Positions 37,173 through 47,187 of a stretch of DNA of 64,000 nt are shown piece after piece (within the stretch, counting starts at the first letter, position 1; each line of letters opens with the position of its first letter). The stretch lies in contig JBFYKG010000001.1 of NCBI GenBank assembly GCA_041311015.1, positions 1,103 to 65,102 of the forward strand, given 5' to 3'. Both the position numbers and the translations under genes were made by a program. This DNA is from Rhodocyclaceae bacterium (lineage in GTDB: Bacteria; Pseudomonadota; Gammaproteobacteria; Burkholderiales; Rhodocyclaceae). The notes beneath the pieces are model-generated. The model did not search any database and was not told the origin of the DNA. It saw nothing but the letters and a program-made list of their open reading frames with translations.

Positions 37173-37778
37173 TCAGACCAGAAAGCCCAGCGGCTCGAGC
37201 AAGCCGGCTGTTTCGTGCACCGGCAAACCCATGATGCCGGTAAAACTGCCCTGCATGGCCTCAACAAAGATACCGGCATGGCCCTGGATTCCATAGGCTC
37301 CTGCCTTGTCAAAGGGTTCGCCCGTGGCGATGTAGCGTTCGATACTCATCTCATGCAAGGGCATGAAGCGCACCTGGCTGCTGGATAAGGCCTGACGAAT
37401 CTCGCTCCCTGTCACCACAACGACGGCCGTCAGAACCTCGTGCGTTTGACCGGATAACGCGTTGAGCATCTCACGTGCCTCGTTGGCATCGGCCGGTTTG
37501 CCCAGAATGCGATCACCCAGTGCCACGGTGGTATCGGCCGAAAGCAGTGGCCGATCATCCAGCCCACGATCGCGCAGATAGCTGACGGCGTGCAGCGCCT
37601 TATCGAGCGCTACACGTCGTACGTAATCGCGTGGCGACTCTGCCGGCAACACCGACTCGTCAACCTCGTAGCGGGCGCCCGCATCATCGGTAAACTGCAG
37701 CACTTCGAAGGGCACGCCCATATCGCGCAGCAGCTCGGCGCGGCGCGGACTTTTAGAGGCAAGCCAGATCGTCTGCAT
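37173..37778 (-). CDS. maf: Maf/YhdE nucleotide pyrophosphatase
   Basis: LASKSPRR, SADTTV, ILGKP and DKAGAYGIQG motifs. Confidence 0.93.
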   Translation of the reverse strand: MQTIWLASKSPRRAELLRDMGVPFEVLQFTDDAGARYEVDESVLPAESPRDYVRRVALDKALHAVSYLRDRGLDDRPLLSADTTVALGDRILGKPADANEAREMLNALSGQTHEVLTAVVVVTGSEIRQALSSSQVRFMPLHEMSIERYIATGEPFDKAGAYGIQGHAGIFVEAMQGSFTGIMGLPVHETAGLLEPLGFLV

Positions 37779-37785
37779 GCGGGGC

Positions 37786-38256
37786 TTACTCGCGATGGTA
37801 AGGGTGGCCAGAGAGCACCGTAATGGCCCGGTAGAGTTGCTCGGCGAGCAACACACGCGCCAGCGCGTGCGGTAAGGTCATCGACGAGAGGCGGATCATG
37901 TCGTGCGCTGTTGCCTTGAGAGCCGGTGCAATGCCATCGGCACCGCCAATGACCAGCGCCACATCCTGCGCTTCCAGCTGCCAGCCCTCAAGTCGCTTGG
38001 CCAGTGAAACCGTTGTCAGATCCGTACCGCGTTCGTCCAGCATGACCCGGCGGGCGCCCGCCGGAATAGCGGCTTCAATGCGGATGGCTTCGGCATCCAT
38101 GATCTGTTGTGCCGTGCGATTGCCCGTACGTGGTTCTGCTTTGATCTCATGCAGAACAATCGGCTGCGACCGTGGAAAACGCTTGAGGTAATCTGAACAG
38201 GCGGTCTCGGCCCAGTCGGGCAATCGTTGACCCACGCTGATCAGATGTAACTTCAT
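37786..38256 (-). CDS. rlmH: 23S rRNA m3Psi1915 methyltransferase
   Basis: LDERG, IGGADG and LPH..ARVLLAEQLYRA...GHPYHRE motifs. Confidence 0.96.
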   Translation of the reverse strand: MKLHLISVGQRLPDWAETACSDYLKRFPRSQPIVLHEIKAEPRTGNRTAQQIMDAEAIRIEAAIPAGARRVMLDERGTDLTTVSLAKRLEGWQLEAQDVALVIGGADGIAPALKATAHDMIRLSSMTLPHALARVLLAEQLYRAITVLSGHPYHRE

Positions 38257-38267
38257 GCGATCGCTGA

Positions 38268-38828
38268 CTAACGCGCTGCTGTTTTTTTCTTGGCGGCTGG
38301 TTTGCTCGTCGCCTTTTTGGCCGCAGGCTTCCTGGCAGCGGGTTTCTTGGCGGCCGGTTTTTTAGCCGCAGGTTTTTTGGCGGCGGGTTTCTTCGTGGCA
38401 GCGCGCTTTTCGGCAGTGGCCTTATCAACCGCACGGTCTGCGGCATTTTTAGCGGCTTTCTTTGCCGCTTTTTCGGCAGCAACCCCGGCCGGCTTGCCGG
38501 CACCCCACAGGCCCTCCAGATCAAAGTGCATGCGCACAGCGGGTTGCATGATATGAACCACCACCGGGCCCAGATCCACCAGCACCCACTCGCCCATCTC
38601 TTCCCCTTCGACCGACAGCACTTCGCCGCCCGCCTCGCGCACCTTGTCGGCCACACTGCGCGCCAACGCCCGGACCTGACGATTGGAGTCGCCGCTGGCC
38701 AGAACGATCCGTTCGAACATCTGCGACACCTTGGTGGTGTTGACGATGATGATGTCGCGGCCCTTGATGTCTTCCAGCGCATCAACCGCCAGGGTTTCCA
38801 GTTTTTTGATCGACAGTTCTTTAGACAT
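38268..38828 (-). CDS. rsfS: Ribosome silencing factor with a Lys/Ala/Pro-rich C-terminal tail
   Basis: ALEDIKG, ASGDSNRQVRALA, WVLVDLG.VVVHIM and DLEGLW motifs, followed by KKPAA repeats. Confidence 0.93.
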   Translation of the reverse strand: MSKELSIKKLETLAVDALEDIKGRDIIIVNTTKVSQMFERIVLASGDSNRQVRALARSVADKVREAGGEVLSVEGEEMGEWVLVDLGPVVVHIMQPAVRMHFDLEGLWGAGKPAGVAAEKAAKKAAKNAADRAVDKATAEKRAATKKPAAKKPAAKKPAAKKPAARKPAAKKATSKPAAKKKTAAR

Positions 38829-38869
38829 GCAGGTTCCTAGGTGAAGTAACGGGCAAGTAACGTTATGGG

Positions 38870-39514
38870 TCAGGTGTAGAGATGGTGCTGCTGGATGTAC
38901 TTTTCAACGGGCACCGAAACCAGCGCGGTAATCGGTCGCCCCTGGCGCAGGGCGGCGCGAATTTGCGTGGCCGAGACCGCACAGGGCGTCATGTTAAACG
39001 AAACGATGTGCCCAGCGGGGCGATCACGCAATGCGGCCATATCAGCAGACTGGTGTGCCTGGAACAAATGCTTTAACGCGTCGGGCATGGCAGCAGGATC
39101 GAGGTCCGACCCCGGTCGGTTGGCGACGGCCAGATGTGCATACCGGACTAGGTCTTCCCAGCGGTGCCAGGTGGGCAGGCCCAGGAAGGCATCGGCGCCC
39201 AGAACCAGCACCAGTGACGCATCCGGCATCTCGCCACGCAGCCGCTCCAGCGTCCGGATTGTCCAGGAGGGCCCCGCCTGACGGATCTCGGCATCATCAA
39301 TCTCGACCGGCATGCCGGCAAAGGCCTGCCGCACCATCGCCAACCGGTGTTCGGCAGCGGCTTCAGGCGCAGCGCGGTGCGGCGGGGCGCCGGCCGGCAC
39401 ACAACGCAGCCGATCCAGCCCCAGGGCCGCAATGGCATCCTGCGCTAACTGTGTATGTCCGACATGAACCGGATCAAAGGTGCCGCCCAGAATGCCGATG
39501 AGCGGTCGGGTCAT
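38870..39514 (-). CDS. nadD: Nicotinate-nucleotide adenylyltransferase
   Basis: GGTFDPVHVGH, GADAF and VSATQIR motifs. Confidence 0.95.
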   Translation of the reverse strand: MTRPLIGILGGTFDPVHVGHTQLAQDAIAALGLDRLRCVPAGAPPHRAAPEAAAEHRLAMVRQAFAGMPVEIDDAEIRQAGPSWTIRTLERLRGEMPDASLVLVLGADAFLGLPTWHRWEDLVRYAHLAVANRPGSDLDPAAMPDALKHLFQAHQSADMAALRDRPAGHIVSFNMTPCAVSATQIRAALRQGRPITALVSVPVEKYIQQHHLYT

Positions 39515-40341
39515 TCTGATGCCGCGCTCCCGGTGACTGGTGTTGGTAACACCTGGCCATAACTGGCGTAAAAGCCCGACACCACGGTCGGCGCCAGCAC
39601 CGCAATGATCGGCACCATCACCAGCGAGGTCACCAGCGTGTCATCCATGCCCAGCGAGATCAGTAGCATCATGACTAGCGATGGGAGGATGACGCCATAG
39701 ACCGCCAGCGCGGCCAGAAATCCGATCAGGCCACGCCAGGCGCGCCAGGAAGCCACCAGGCTGAAGAACAGCGCCTTGCCCAACCCGAACCCGCGCCAGG
39801 CCACCAGCAAGGGGGCGTAGGCAAAAGCCAGCAGGATCGGCACATACGCCAGTAGCGCGACTGTCAGGCCAGTCGCCGACAACTGCGCCGGATCCGGCAT
39901 GGGCAGGTCCGGGGCACCCAGCGTGCCCCGCGCCATGTACTGCAGCAGCACCCCACCATCCCAGAACGCCGTTAACGCCAGTGCGGCAACCGTCAGTACA
40001 AAATGGATCAGGCCCAGACCCATCAGGGGCTGTAGCCGAGGTCCAAAGCCGGAGAACATGAGCGTAAACGAGGGCATCGTCTCCTGATCGAGCGCCCGGC
40101 AACCGGCCAGCACCCCGATCATCAACACGGGGGCCAACACGGCCACCAGCACATCACCCAGCACCGGAACAAGGCCGGCGAGGCCGAGCAGGGTCCAGTA
40201 GGTCATCACCCAGAACATCATCAGTACCGGATTGCGGCGATACCGGGCAAAGCCCGCGCGGAACCAGGACCAGCCATCGCGCAAACTGACGCGCTGAGAC
40301 TGCCTATCCGGTGCCGCAGCCCCGTGCATAAAATCAGGCAT
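39511..40341 (-). CDS. BPSS1780-family membrane protein
   Basis: GWSWFRAGFARYRRNP, AYAPLLV and FYASY; multi-TM. Confidence 0.8.
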   Translation of the reverse strand: MPDFMHGAAAPDRQSQRVSLRDGWSWFRAGFARYRRNPVLMMFWVMTYWTLLGLAGLVPVLGDVLVAVLAPVLMIGVLAGCRALDQETMPSFTLMFSGFGPRLQPLMGLGLIHFVLTVAALALTAFWDGGVLLQYMARGTLGAPDLPMPDPAQLSATGLTVALLAYVPILLAFAYAPLLVAWRGFGLGKALFFSLVASWRAWRGLIGFLAALAVYGVILPSLVMMLLISLGMDDTLVTSLVMVPIIAVLAPTVVSGFYASYGQVLPTPVTGSAASE

Positions 40342-41152
40342 CAACCGGTTCTGCCGGGGTCGGGTTGACTGCCGGCGGTTGCGGCAATTCAAACAGATCG
40401 CGATACGCTGCGTAGGTCGCACCTGCCATCACGGGAATCACCACGAGCAACCCGAGGCCGAGCGTCAGACTGGTCAGAAAGAGCATCAGGGCGACCAGGA
40501 AGAAGGCCACGATGAACGCCGGTAGGCTGCGCCAACTGGCGACGAAGGAATGCTTCATGGCCTGCATGGCCGGAATATCGTGAAAGACGGCCAAGGGCGG
40601 CGCCAGCCATACCGACATCACCAGCGGCAACACCAGCAACAGGCTGATCGTGATCGCGAGCAGAATGCCGAAAACGCTGATGACGGTACCCAGCCATTCG
40701 TAGTGCGTTTCCATGCCCACGGCCATCCCCGACAACGCTGCCCCGCCACCGAGCAAGAGACCCAGCGCGACAATGAGCATCCAGCCCAGCATGTACCAGA
40801 CGCCGACGTTGACGACCGCCGGGGCATGCTCCCGGAACCCGGTAAACACTTCGGCCACTGTGACCGGCTCGTTGTATTCCACCCGATGCGCCACCACCAT
40901 GAGCCCCGCCGACAGAATCGGCATCAGCAAGTGGGCACCAACCTGGCCCAGCAGCGGTACCAGCAAGACCAGCATCACCAGTAAAGTCTGCAATAAGGCA
41001 GCAAGCAGCCAGAACCCCGGACGGCGCAGGAACAAGGCCCAACCCGCGCTGATCCACTGCACACCATGGCCTACGCCGACATGGCGGGTCGGCGGCAAAT
41101 CATCGTGCGGATGCGGATCCTGCCAGGGCGCGTGTCGATAATGACGGGGCAT
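40334..41152 (-). CDS. BPSS1780-family membrane protein (tandem paralogue)
   Basis: GVQWISAGWALFLRRP, WLAPPLAVFHD..A.QAMKHSF and YAAYRDLF. Confidence 0.82.
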   Translation of the reverse strand: MPRHYRHAPWQDPHPHDDLPPTRHVGVGHGVQWISAGWALFLRRPGFWLLAALLQTLLVMLVLLVPLLGQVGAHLLMPILSAGLMVVAHRVEYNEPVTVAEVFTGFREHAPAVVNVGVWYMLGWMLIVALGLLLGGGAALSGMAVGMETHYEWLGTVISVFGILLAITISLLLVLPLVMSVWLAPPLAVFHDIPAMQAMKHSFVASWRSLPAFIVAFFLVALMLFLTSLTLGLGLLVVIPVMAGATYAAYRDLFELPQPPAVNPTPAEPVDA

Positions 41153-41155
41153 ACC

Positions 41156-41551
41156 TTACCAGCTCCAGAGGGTCCACATCGGCGGCTGGACCATGTCGCC
41201 GCGCACCGGATCCGAATCCGGAATCACGCTCTGCGGCTCGGACGGTGGCGCTTCGGAGTACTTGGGCAGCAGTGGCGGATCGACCACTTCGCGCGACGGA
41301 CGACCGCCAGACCCATAACGTTGAATGCTGGTGCTCCGGTCATCCGGACTAATCGTCACGGCCGATTCCTCTTCGGCATCGGCCTGGGCACTGCTTAGCG
41401 ACGGATCATACGTCACCACCTGGGGCGGCAGCGTTGATGACGACTGCTGGGCGGCCACATCCAGCGCCAGAATCGTCGCAGGCAAAAGCAGGCCGAGACG
41501 CGCCATGCGGCTCAGAGAAATTCGGGCGAATACATGAGACAAAAGGGACAT
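41156..41551 (-). CDS. Exported DUF2782-like protein
   Basis: Signal peptide, AVTI motif and C-terminal PPMWTLWSW; conserved position next to polA/LOG. Confidence 0.65.
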   Translation of the reverse strand: MSLLSHVFARISLSRMARLGLLLPATILALDVAAQQSSSTLPPQVVTYDPSLSSAQADAEEESAVTISPDDRSTSIQRYGSGGRPSREVVDPPLLPKYSEAPPSEPQSVIPDSDPVRGDMVQPPMWTLWSW

Positions 41552-41593
41552 GCCAGATCCAGACGTTGAGGCGTTTTGTGTAAGCGGATTCTA

Positions 41594-42313
41594 TTACAGG
41601 TTCAGCAAAAGCTCGCGTTCGCCGGGCAGCGGCGCAAAGCCCCGGGTTTCGTAATGCGTGAAAATAGCCTCGACCACCTGCGCCGGATCGTCAATCACCT
41701 GAAGGAGGTTCATGTCCTCCGGATTAATCATCTTTTCGCTCACCAGCCGATCGCGCAGCCAGTCGATCAGCCCCGCCCAGAAGGCCGATCCAACCAGGAT
41801 GACCGGAAACTGCCGGCTTTTGCGCGTCTGGATCAGGGTCAGGGCTTCCATCAGCTCATCAAGCGTGCCAAAGCCGCCCGGCATCACCACATAGGCCACC
41901 GCAAAGCGGACAAACATGTACTTACGGGCAAAGAAATGCCGGAACCCGAGCGAAATATCCTGATACGGATTGGTGTGCTGCTCATGCGGTAGCTCGATGT
42001 TGAGCCCGATGGAAGGGCCATTGCCCCCGAAAGCCCCCTTATTGGCGGCCTCCATAATGCCGGGGCCACCCCCGGAAATCACGCCCAGACCGGCATCCGA
42101 CAAGCGCGCGGCAATGGTCTCGGCCAGCTGATAATACGGCGAATCCGGCTTGACCCGGGCGCTCCCGAAAATCGATACGGCCGGCCGGACTTCGGACAGG
42201 CGGTCGGTGGCCTCGACGAACTCTGACATAATCCCGAACAAACGCCACGCCTCGCGCTCGGTGAGCGTTGCTGCATCAACGGGCGTCTGAGACGCATGAA
42301 ATCCGTTCTTCAT
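41594..42313 (-). CDS. LOG-family protein (TIGR00730 Rossmann fold)
   Basis: SIFGSAR, SGGGPGIMEAANKGA, FFARK and PGGFGTLDE motifs. Confidence 0.92.
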   Translation of the reverse strand: MKNGFHASQTPVDAATLTEREAWRLFGIMSEFVEATDRLSEVRPAVSIFGSARVKPDSPYYQLAETIAARLSDAGLGVISGGGPGIMEAANKGAFGGNGPSIGLNIELPHEQHTNPYQDISLGFRHFFARKYMFVRFAVAYVVMPGGFGTLDELMEALTLIQTRKSRQFPVILVGSAFWAGLIDWLRDRLVSEKMINPEDMNLLQVIDDPAQVVEAIFTHYETRGFAPLPGERELLLNL

Positions 42314-42347
42314 ATTTTCTTCCACGCTGTTCACCTTTGCTGTCGTC

Positions 42348-45095
42348 ATGCCCACACTGCTACTCGTTGACGGATCATCCTACCTGTATCGTGCGTTTCA
42401 TGCACTCCCCGACCTGCGCAATCAGGCCGGCGACCCGACAGGTGCCCTCTACGGCATGATTGCCATGCTGCGCCGACTGAGCAGCGAAATCCCCGCCGAA
42501 CACCGTGCCTGCATCTTCGATGCCAGCGGCCCCACCTTCCGCGACACCCTCTACGCTGAGTACAAGGCCCACCGCCCCCCCATGCCCGAAGATCTGGCCC
42601 GCCAGATCGAACCGATCCATGCCGTGGTGCGCGCTCTGGGTTGGCCCCTCCTGATGGAAAGCGGTGTCGAAGCCGACGACGTGATCGGGACACTGGCCCG
42701 TGACGCGGCGGCCAATGGCCTACACGTTGTGGTCTCCACTGGCGACAAAGATCTGGCACAGCTGGTCACACCGCAGGTCACCCTGGTCAACACCATGAGC
42801 AACGAGCGGCTCGACGTGGCCGGCGTCGAGGCCAAATTCGGCGTGCCGCCGGCGCGCATTACCGATTACCTGGCGCTGGTCGGTGATACGGCCGACAACA
42901 TCCCGGGCGTCCAGAAAGTCGGCCCCAAGACTGCCGCCAAATGGTTGCAGACCTACGGCGATCTCGATGGCGTGATTGCCCATGCCGCTGAAGTGAAAGG
43001 CGTGGCCGGCGAGAACCTGCGCGCCCATCTCGACTTTCTGCCGCTGGGGCGCGCGCTGGCCACGGTTAAGACCGATGTGCCGCTCCCCCTTAGTCTGTCT
43101 GCACTGCAAGCCCAACCCGAAAACGAAGACGCACTGCGCGACATCTTCCGCCACAACGGTTTCAAGACCTGGCTCAAGGCGCTGGAACAACCCGGCGCCC
43201 CAACGGCCGCTTTATCCGCTGATCCAGCGACTGGTGCCGACCCCGCACCCACATTGCTACCGGACGATGGCGCTCACCGGGCACACTACGAAACCATTCT
43301 GGATAACGCCGCCCTCGAGCGCTGGCTCGACAAGATCACCCGCGCCGAACGCGTGGCGCTCGACACAGAAACCACCAGCCTCGATGAGCAGCAGGCCCGA
43401 CTGGTCGGCATCTCGTTCGCCATTGCCCCCGGCGAAGCCGCTTACCTACCCCTGGCCCACACGGGCCCGGACGTACCGGCACAACTACCGTTTGATGCCA
43501 CGCTGGCAAAGCTCAAGCCCTGGCTAGAAAGCACGACCCCCCAGAAAGTGATGCAACACGCCAAGTACGATCAGCATGTGTTTGCCAACCACAACATCCG
43601 GCTGGCTGGCGTGGTCGACGACACGCTGCTGATGGCCTATGTGCTCGAAGCCGGCCAGGTCAGCGCCGGCGCGCTGGAACTCGGCACTCTGGCGCGACGC
43701 CACCTGGGCATGCCCACCATTCCGTACGAAGCCATTTGCGGCAAAGGCGCCAACCAGATTACTTTTGATCAGGTCGCTGTTGCCGATGCGGCCGCCTACG
43801 CCGCCGAAGATGCCGACATCACCCTGCGTATTGCCGACCGCTTGCGGCCGCGGCTTGCAGCGGAACCGGGGCTCGAGCATATCTACCGCGCCGTAGAACT
43901 GCCCGTCGAACAGGTGCTCTTTACGATGGAACAGAATGGCGTGCTGATTGATAGTCAGCGTCTCGCCGATCAGAGCCATGCGCTGGGTGAACGCATGCTG
44001 GCCCTGGAATCTGAAGCCCATACACTGGCCGGGCAGAGCTTCAACCTCAACTCGCCCAAGCAACTGGCCGAGATTCTTTTCACGCAACAGGGACTGCCCG
44101 TCAAAAAGAAAACCGCGTCCGGCACCCCCTCGACCGACGAAGAAGTCCTGAACGAACTCGCGCTGGATTTTCCGCTACCACGACTCCTGCTGGAATACCG
44201 CGGCATCGCCAAGCTCAAGAACACCTATTGCGACAAGCTGCCGCAACGGGTCAACCCCGTCACCGGGCGTGTGCACACACATTACTCACAGACCACAGCC
44301 GTCACTGGGCGACTGGCCAGCTCGGACCCCAACCTGCAGAACATTCCGGTGCGTACTGGCGAAGGGCGACGTATTCGCGAAGCCTTCATTGCGCCGCCGG
44401 GCCATGTGATTATCTCGGCCGACTATTCGCAGATCGAGCTGCGCATCATGGCGCACCTATCGGCGGACAAAGGCCTGCTCGATGCCTTTGCCCACGGCGA
44501 AGACATTCACCGTGCCACCGCGGCCGAAGTGTTCGGTGTCATGCCGCTGGAAGTGAGTGATGATCAGCGGCGTGCCGCCAAGGCCATTAACTTCGGGCTG
44601 ATCTACGGCATGAGCGCCTTTGGTCTCGCCAAACAACTGGGCATTGAGCGCAGCGCCGCACAAACCTACATTGATCGTTATTTCGACCGGTATCCGGGCG
44701 TCGCCCGCTACATGGAAGAAACGCGCCAATCAGCGCATCACCATGGCTACGTCGAAACTGTCTTCGGCCGTCGACTGTGGTTGCCGGATCTGAAAGCGGG
44801 ACAGCAAGGTCGCCGGCAGGGCGCCGAGCGTGCCGCCATCAACGCGCCCATGCAGGGCACTGCCGCGGATCTGATCAAACTGGCCATGATTGCCGTTCAG
44901 GGCTGGATCGCTCAGGAAGGCCTGGCAAGCCGGCTGATCATGCAGGTGCATGATGAACTGGTCCTTGACGTGCCGGAAGCCGAGCGCGAGCAGGTGCGTG
45001 CAGCGCTGGGCCCGTTGATGACCCAGGTGGCCAAACTGAAAGTGCCGCTGGTGGTGGATATCGGAATTGGCCAGAACTGGGAAGAGGCGCACTAG
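42348..45095 (+). CDS. polA: DNA polymerase I
   Basis: LVDGSSYLYRAFHA, DTETT, DYSQIELR, KAINFGLIYG and QVHDEL motifs. Confidence 0.98.
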   Translation: MPTLLLVDGSSYLYRAFHALPDLRNQAGDPTGALYGMIAMLRRLSSEIPAEHRACIFDASGPTFRDTLYAEYKAHRPPMPEDLARQIEPIHAVVRALGWPLLMESGVEADDVIGTLARDAAANGLHVVVSTGDKDLAQLVTPQVTLVNTMSNERLDVAGVEAKFGVPPARITDYLALVGDTADNIPGVQKVGPKTAAKWLQTYGDLDGVIAHAAEVKGVAGENLRAHLDFLPLGRALATVKTDVPLPLSLSALQAQPENEDALRDIFRHNGFKTWLKALEQPGAPTAALSADPATGADPAPTLLPDDGAHRAHYETILDNAALERWLDKITRAERVALDTETTSLDEQQARLVGISFAIAPGEAAYLPLAHTGPDVPAQLPFDATLAKLKPWLESTTPQKVMQHAKYDQHVFANHNIRLAGVVDDTLLMAYVLEAGQVSAGALELGTLARRHLGMPTIPYEAICGKGANQITFDQVAVADAAAYAAEDADITLRIADRLRPRLAAEPGLEHIYRAVELPVEQVLFTMEQNGVLIDSQRLADQSHALGERMLALESEAHTLAGQSFNLNSPKQLAEILFTQQGLPVKKKTASGTPSTDEEVLNELALDFPLPRLLLEYRGIAKLKNTYCDKLPQRVNPVTGRVHTHYSQTTAVTGRLASSDPNLQNIPVRTGEGRRIREAFIAPPGHVIISADYSQIELRIMAHLSADKGLLDAFAHGEDIHRATAAEVFGVMPLEVSDDQRRAAKAINFGLIYGMSAFGLAKQLGIERSAAQTYIDRYFDRYPGVARYMEETRQSAHHHGYVETVFGRRLWLPDLKAGQQGRRQGAERAAINAPMQGTAADLIKLAMIAVQGWIAQEGLASRLIMQVHDELVLDVPEAEREQVRAALGPLMTQVAKLKVPLVVDIGIGQNWEEAH

Positions 45096-45130
45096 CGCCG
45101 GACACCGATAAAAGACTGGACGCCGAGGGC

Positions 45131-46405
45131 TTAACGGGCGTTTCCATTGAGCGCTTCGCGGACCTTACTCAGGCTGCCTGACAGCGCCTCCGATAGACCC
45201 GGCGGCGTCTTTGACCAGGGGTACCCGCGCGCTGCACGTGATTCGGCATAGTCGAACAACGCGCGCATGTAGTTCTGGTCAAAACGCTGTTTACCTTTGC
45301 GATTCGGCTTGACGCCAATGTCGTCAGTCACGTACGCCATATTGAAACCAAAGCCATCTTTCTGTGCCGTGATGTAGGCCATGAGCGTATCGCCATCTTC
45401 ATGTGACTGGGCAAACTGACGCAACGCGGCCGTGGCGATCGAAAGTGTCTTGCGTTCCACCGTCTGGTAGCTTTCATCATCCAGCACATCGTTGCGGATC
45501 AGATAGGCCTCGCGCTTACGCCCCTCGAGCAATTTATAGGCGCCGCTCTCATGGAATAGTGAGGCAGGGTAGAGAAAGACCTGCCGGCTGACGCCCCCAT
45601 CCACATGCATCTCCTGATAGTCACGGCCCTGGTAATTGACGTTGAACATCACGGGCGAGAAGAAGCCCGGCAACGATGCCGAGGCCAGCATGACCCGGCG
45701 AAACAGTTCCAGTGCCTCGGGGGTGTCCTGCGCCGCAAGCTTGCCCATGTTCCAGATAATCGGCTGGCCGGTATCCAGGTTGTTGGTACCAATCAGCAAC
45801 CAGCGGTGACGCACCGTGTACTCATAGGCCACCTTGCGCAGGAGCTCCGGCGTGACATATTCCGAAATCAGGTTGTACAACGGTGAGGTATCCCCCAGGC
45901 CGTCCGAAAAGAAAATCGCCGCATACGAGCGCTCACGGATCAGATCCTTGTCAGTGACCCCGGTATAGAGACGCTTCAACACCGGGTCGTACTCTGGACC
46001 CAGATAGGCAAACGGTGCCATCAGCGCCCCGGTACTGATCCCCGTCACCATGTTGAACTCCGGCCGGGTGCCATGCTTCGTCCACCCGGTCAGCAGGCCG
46101 GCGCCAAAAGCGCCGCGCCCACCGCCCCCGGAAATCGAGAGATAGGTGATCGGCGTGCCCGGCTGATCCCGATTCATCGTGCGCAGACTCTGCTCCAGAT
46201 CCTTGAGGAAGAGCCCCACGCCGGAGGTGTGGTTGATCGCATACCGCACACCGGCAATGCCATTCACGGTTGCATCGTTGGCATACATCGGCGGCAGCGC
46301 ATCTAGCCGCGCCGGAGCGCCCCAGCCCGGCAAGCTGATTAAAAACAGTGACGCCAGCAGCAGGGCGCGGATCGTTTTTGGTACAACACCATGAATCAAC
46401 ATCAC
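45131..46405 (-). CDS. Exported patatin-like phospholipase
   Basis: SGGGGRGAFGAG, GISTG and DGG motifs; signal peptide. Confidence 0.9.
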   Translation of the reverse strand: MMLIHGVVPKTIRALLLASLFLISLPGWGAPARLDALPPMYANDATVNGIAGVRYAINHTSGVGLFLKDLEQSLRTMNRDQPGTPITYLSISGGGGRGAFGAGLLTGWTKHGTRPEFNMVTGISTGALMAPFAYLGPEYDPVLKRLYTGVTDKDLIRERSYAAIFFSDGLGDTSPLYNLISEYVTPELLRKVAYEYTVRHRWLLIGTNNLDTGQPIIWNMGKLAAQDTPEALELFRRVMLASASLPGFFSPVMFNVNYQGRDYQEMHVDGGVSRQVFLYPASLFHESGAYKLLEGRKREAYLIRNDVLDDESYQTVERKTLSIATAALRQFAQSHEDGDTLMAYITAQKDGFGFNMAYVTDDIGVKPNRKGKQRFDQNYMRALFDYAESRAARGYPWSKTPPGLSEALSGSLSKVREALNGNAR

Positions 46406-47178
46406 ATGCCCTCCCGGGATGATCGCGAGCGTGAAAGGGCCACGTCACCGATCATGCCGTTGGCGTCAAAACTGCGTTCGATCATGTGCACGGTATCCGC
46501 GTGCACACGCACCACACTCGACGCACGTGTGCCATACGATGGCAGCGTAATAAATGCCGCCGATAGAGCGCGCTCCAGATCCTGCGGAATGCCGGTCTGG
46601 GGCAGCAAGGCATCTGGTGCGACCTCCCGGTTATCCAGCAGGGCCAGCAGCTGCTGATCTGTGGCATCACGCTCCGACAGCGCATCGCTCAATGCCTGGC
46701 GCAACGTGGCGACCTTGGGCCAGGCCGAATCGAAGCCGGCGTTTGAAACGGCACCCACACCGGGCTCCAGACGGATCATTTCTGTGTGCCGACCACGGCT
46801 TTCACACGCCATCAGCTGTTGGCCATCAAAGACCAGCAGATTAAACGGGTTGTATTGATGGGCGTAACGGCCCAGCTCCTTCAGAAAGCCCTCACTATCG
46901 AGGCGGCCTTGCAAAAACCCTTGCACCAGGGCACCGCGCGAGGGGCGACCGTCTTCCATCATCGCTGGGTCACGGTAATTGGTTAGTGCCGCAACGCGAC
47001 CATGAGCCGTAACACCCAACCAGGTACCACCGCCCTCCAGATCCCGCCCGGCGATCACCGGCGAATCCGGCCACTGGGCCACAGCCTGTGTCGGCCGTGC
47101 ATAAAACTCGTCGCGGTTCGCCAACAACACCAACGGTGTCGGGTCTGCAGGCGCCCAGCGCCAGGCGATCAGGCACAT
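46402..47178 (-). CDS. NRDE/TANGO2-family protein
   Basis: N-terminal MCL, NRDEF, GGTWLG and YGTRAS motifs. Confidence 0.92.
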   Translation of the reverse strand: MCLIAWRWAPADPTPLVLLANRDEFYARPTQAVAQWPDSPVIAGRDLEGGGTWLGVTAHGRVAALTNYRDPAMMEDGRPSRGALVQGFLQGRLDSEGFLKELGRYAHQYNPFNLLVFDGQQLMACESRGRHTEMIRLEPGVGAVSNAGFDSAWPKVATLRQALSDALSERDATDQQLLALLDNREVAPDALLPQTGIPQDLERALSAAFITLPSYGTRASSVVRVHADTVHMIERSFDANGMIGDVALSRSRSSREGM

Positions 47179-47187
47179 GGGCGTAGG

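Noticed and set aside
38290-38400. 15-bp periodic repeats as a CRISPR array or VNTR
   Set aside because: Degenerate coding repeats for KKPAA; no spacers and no cas genes.
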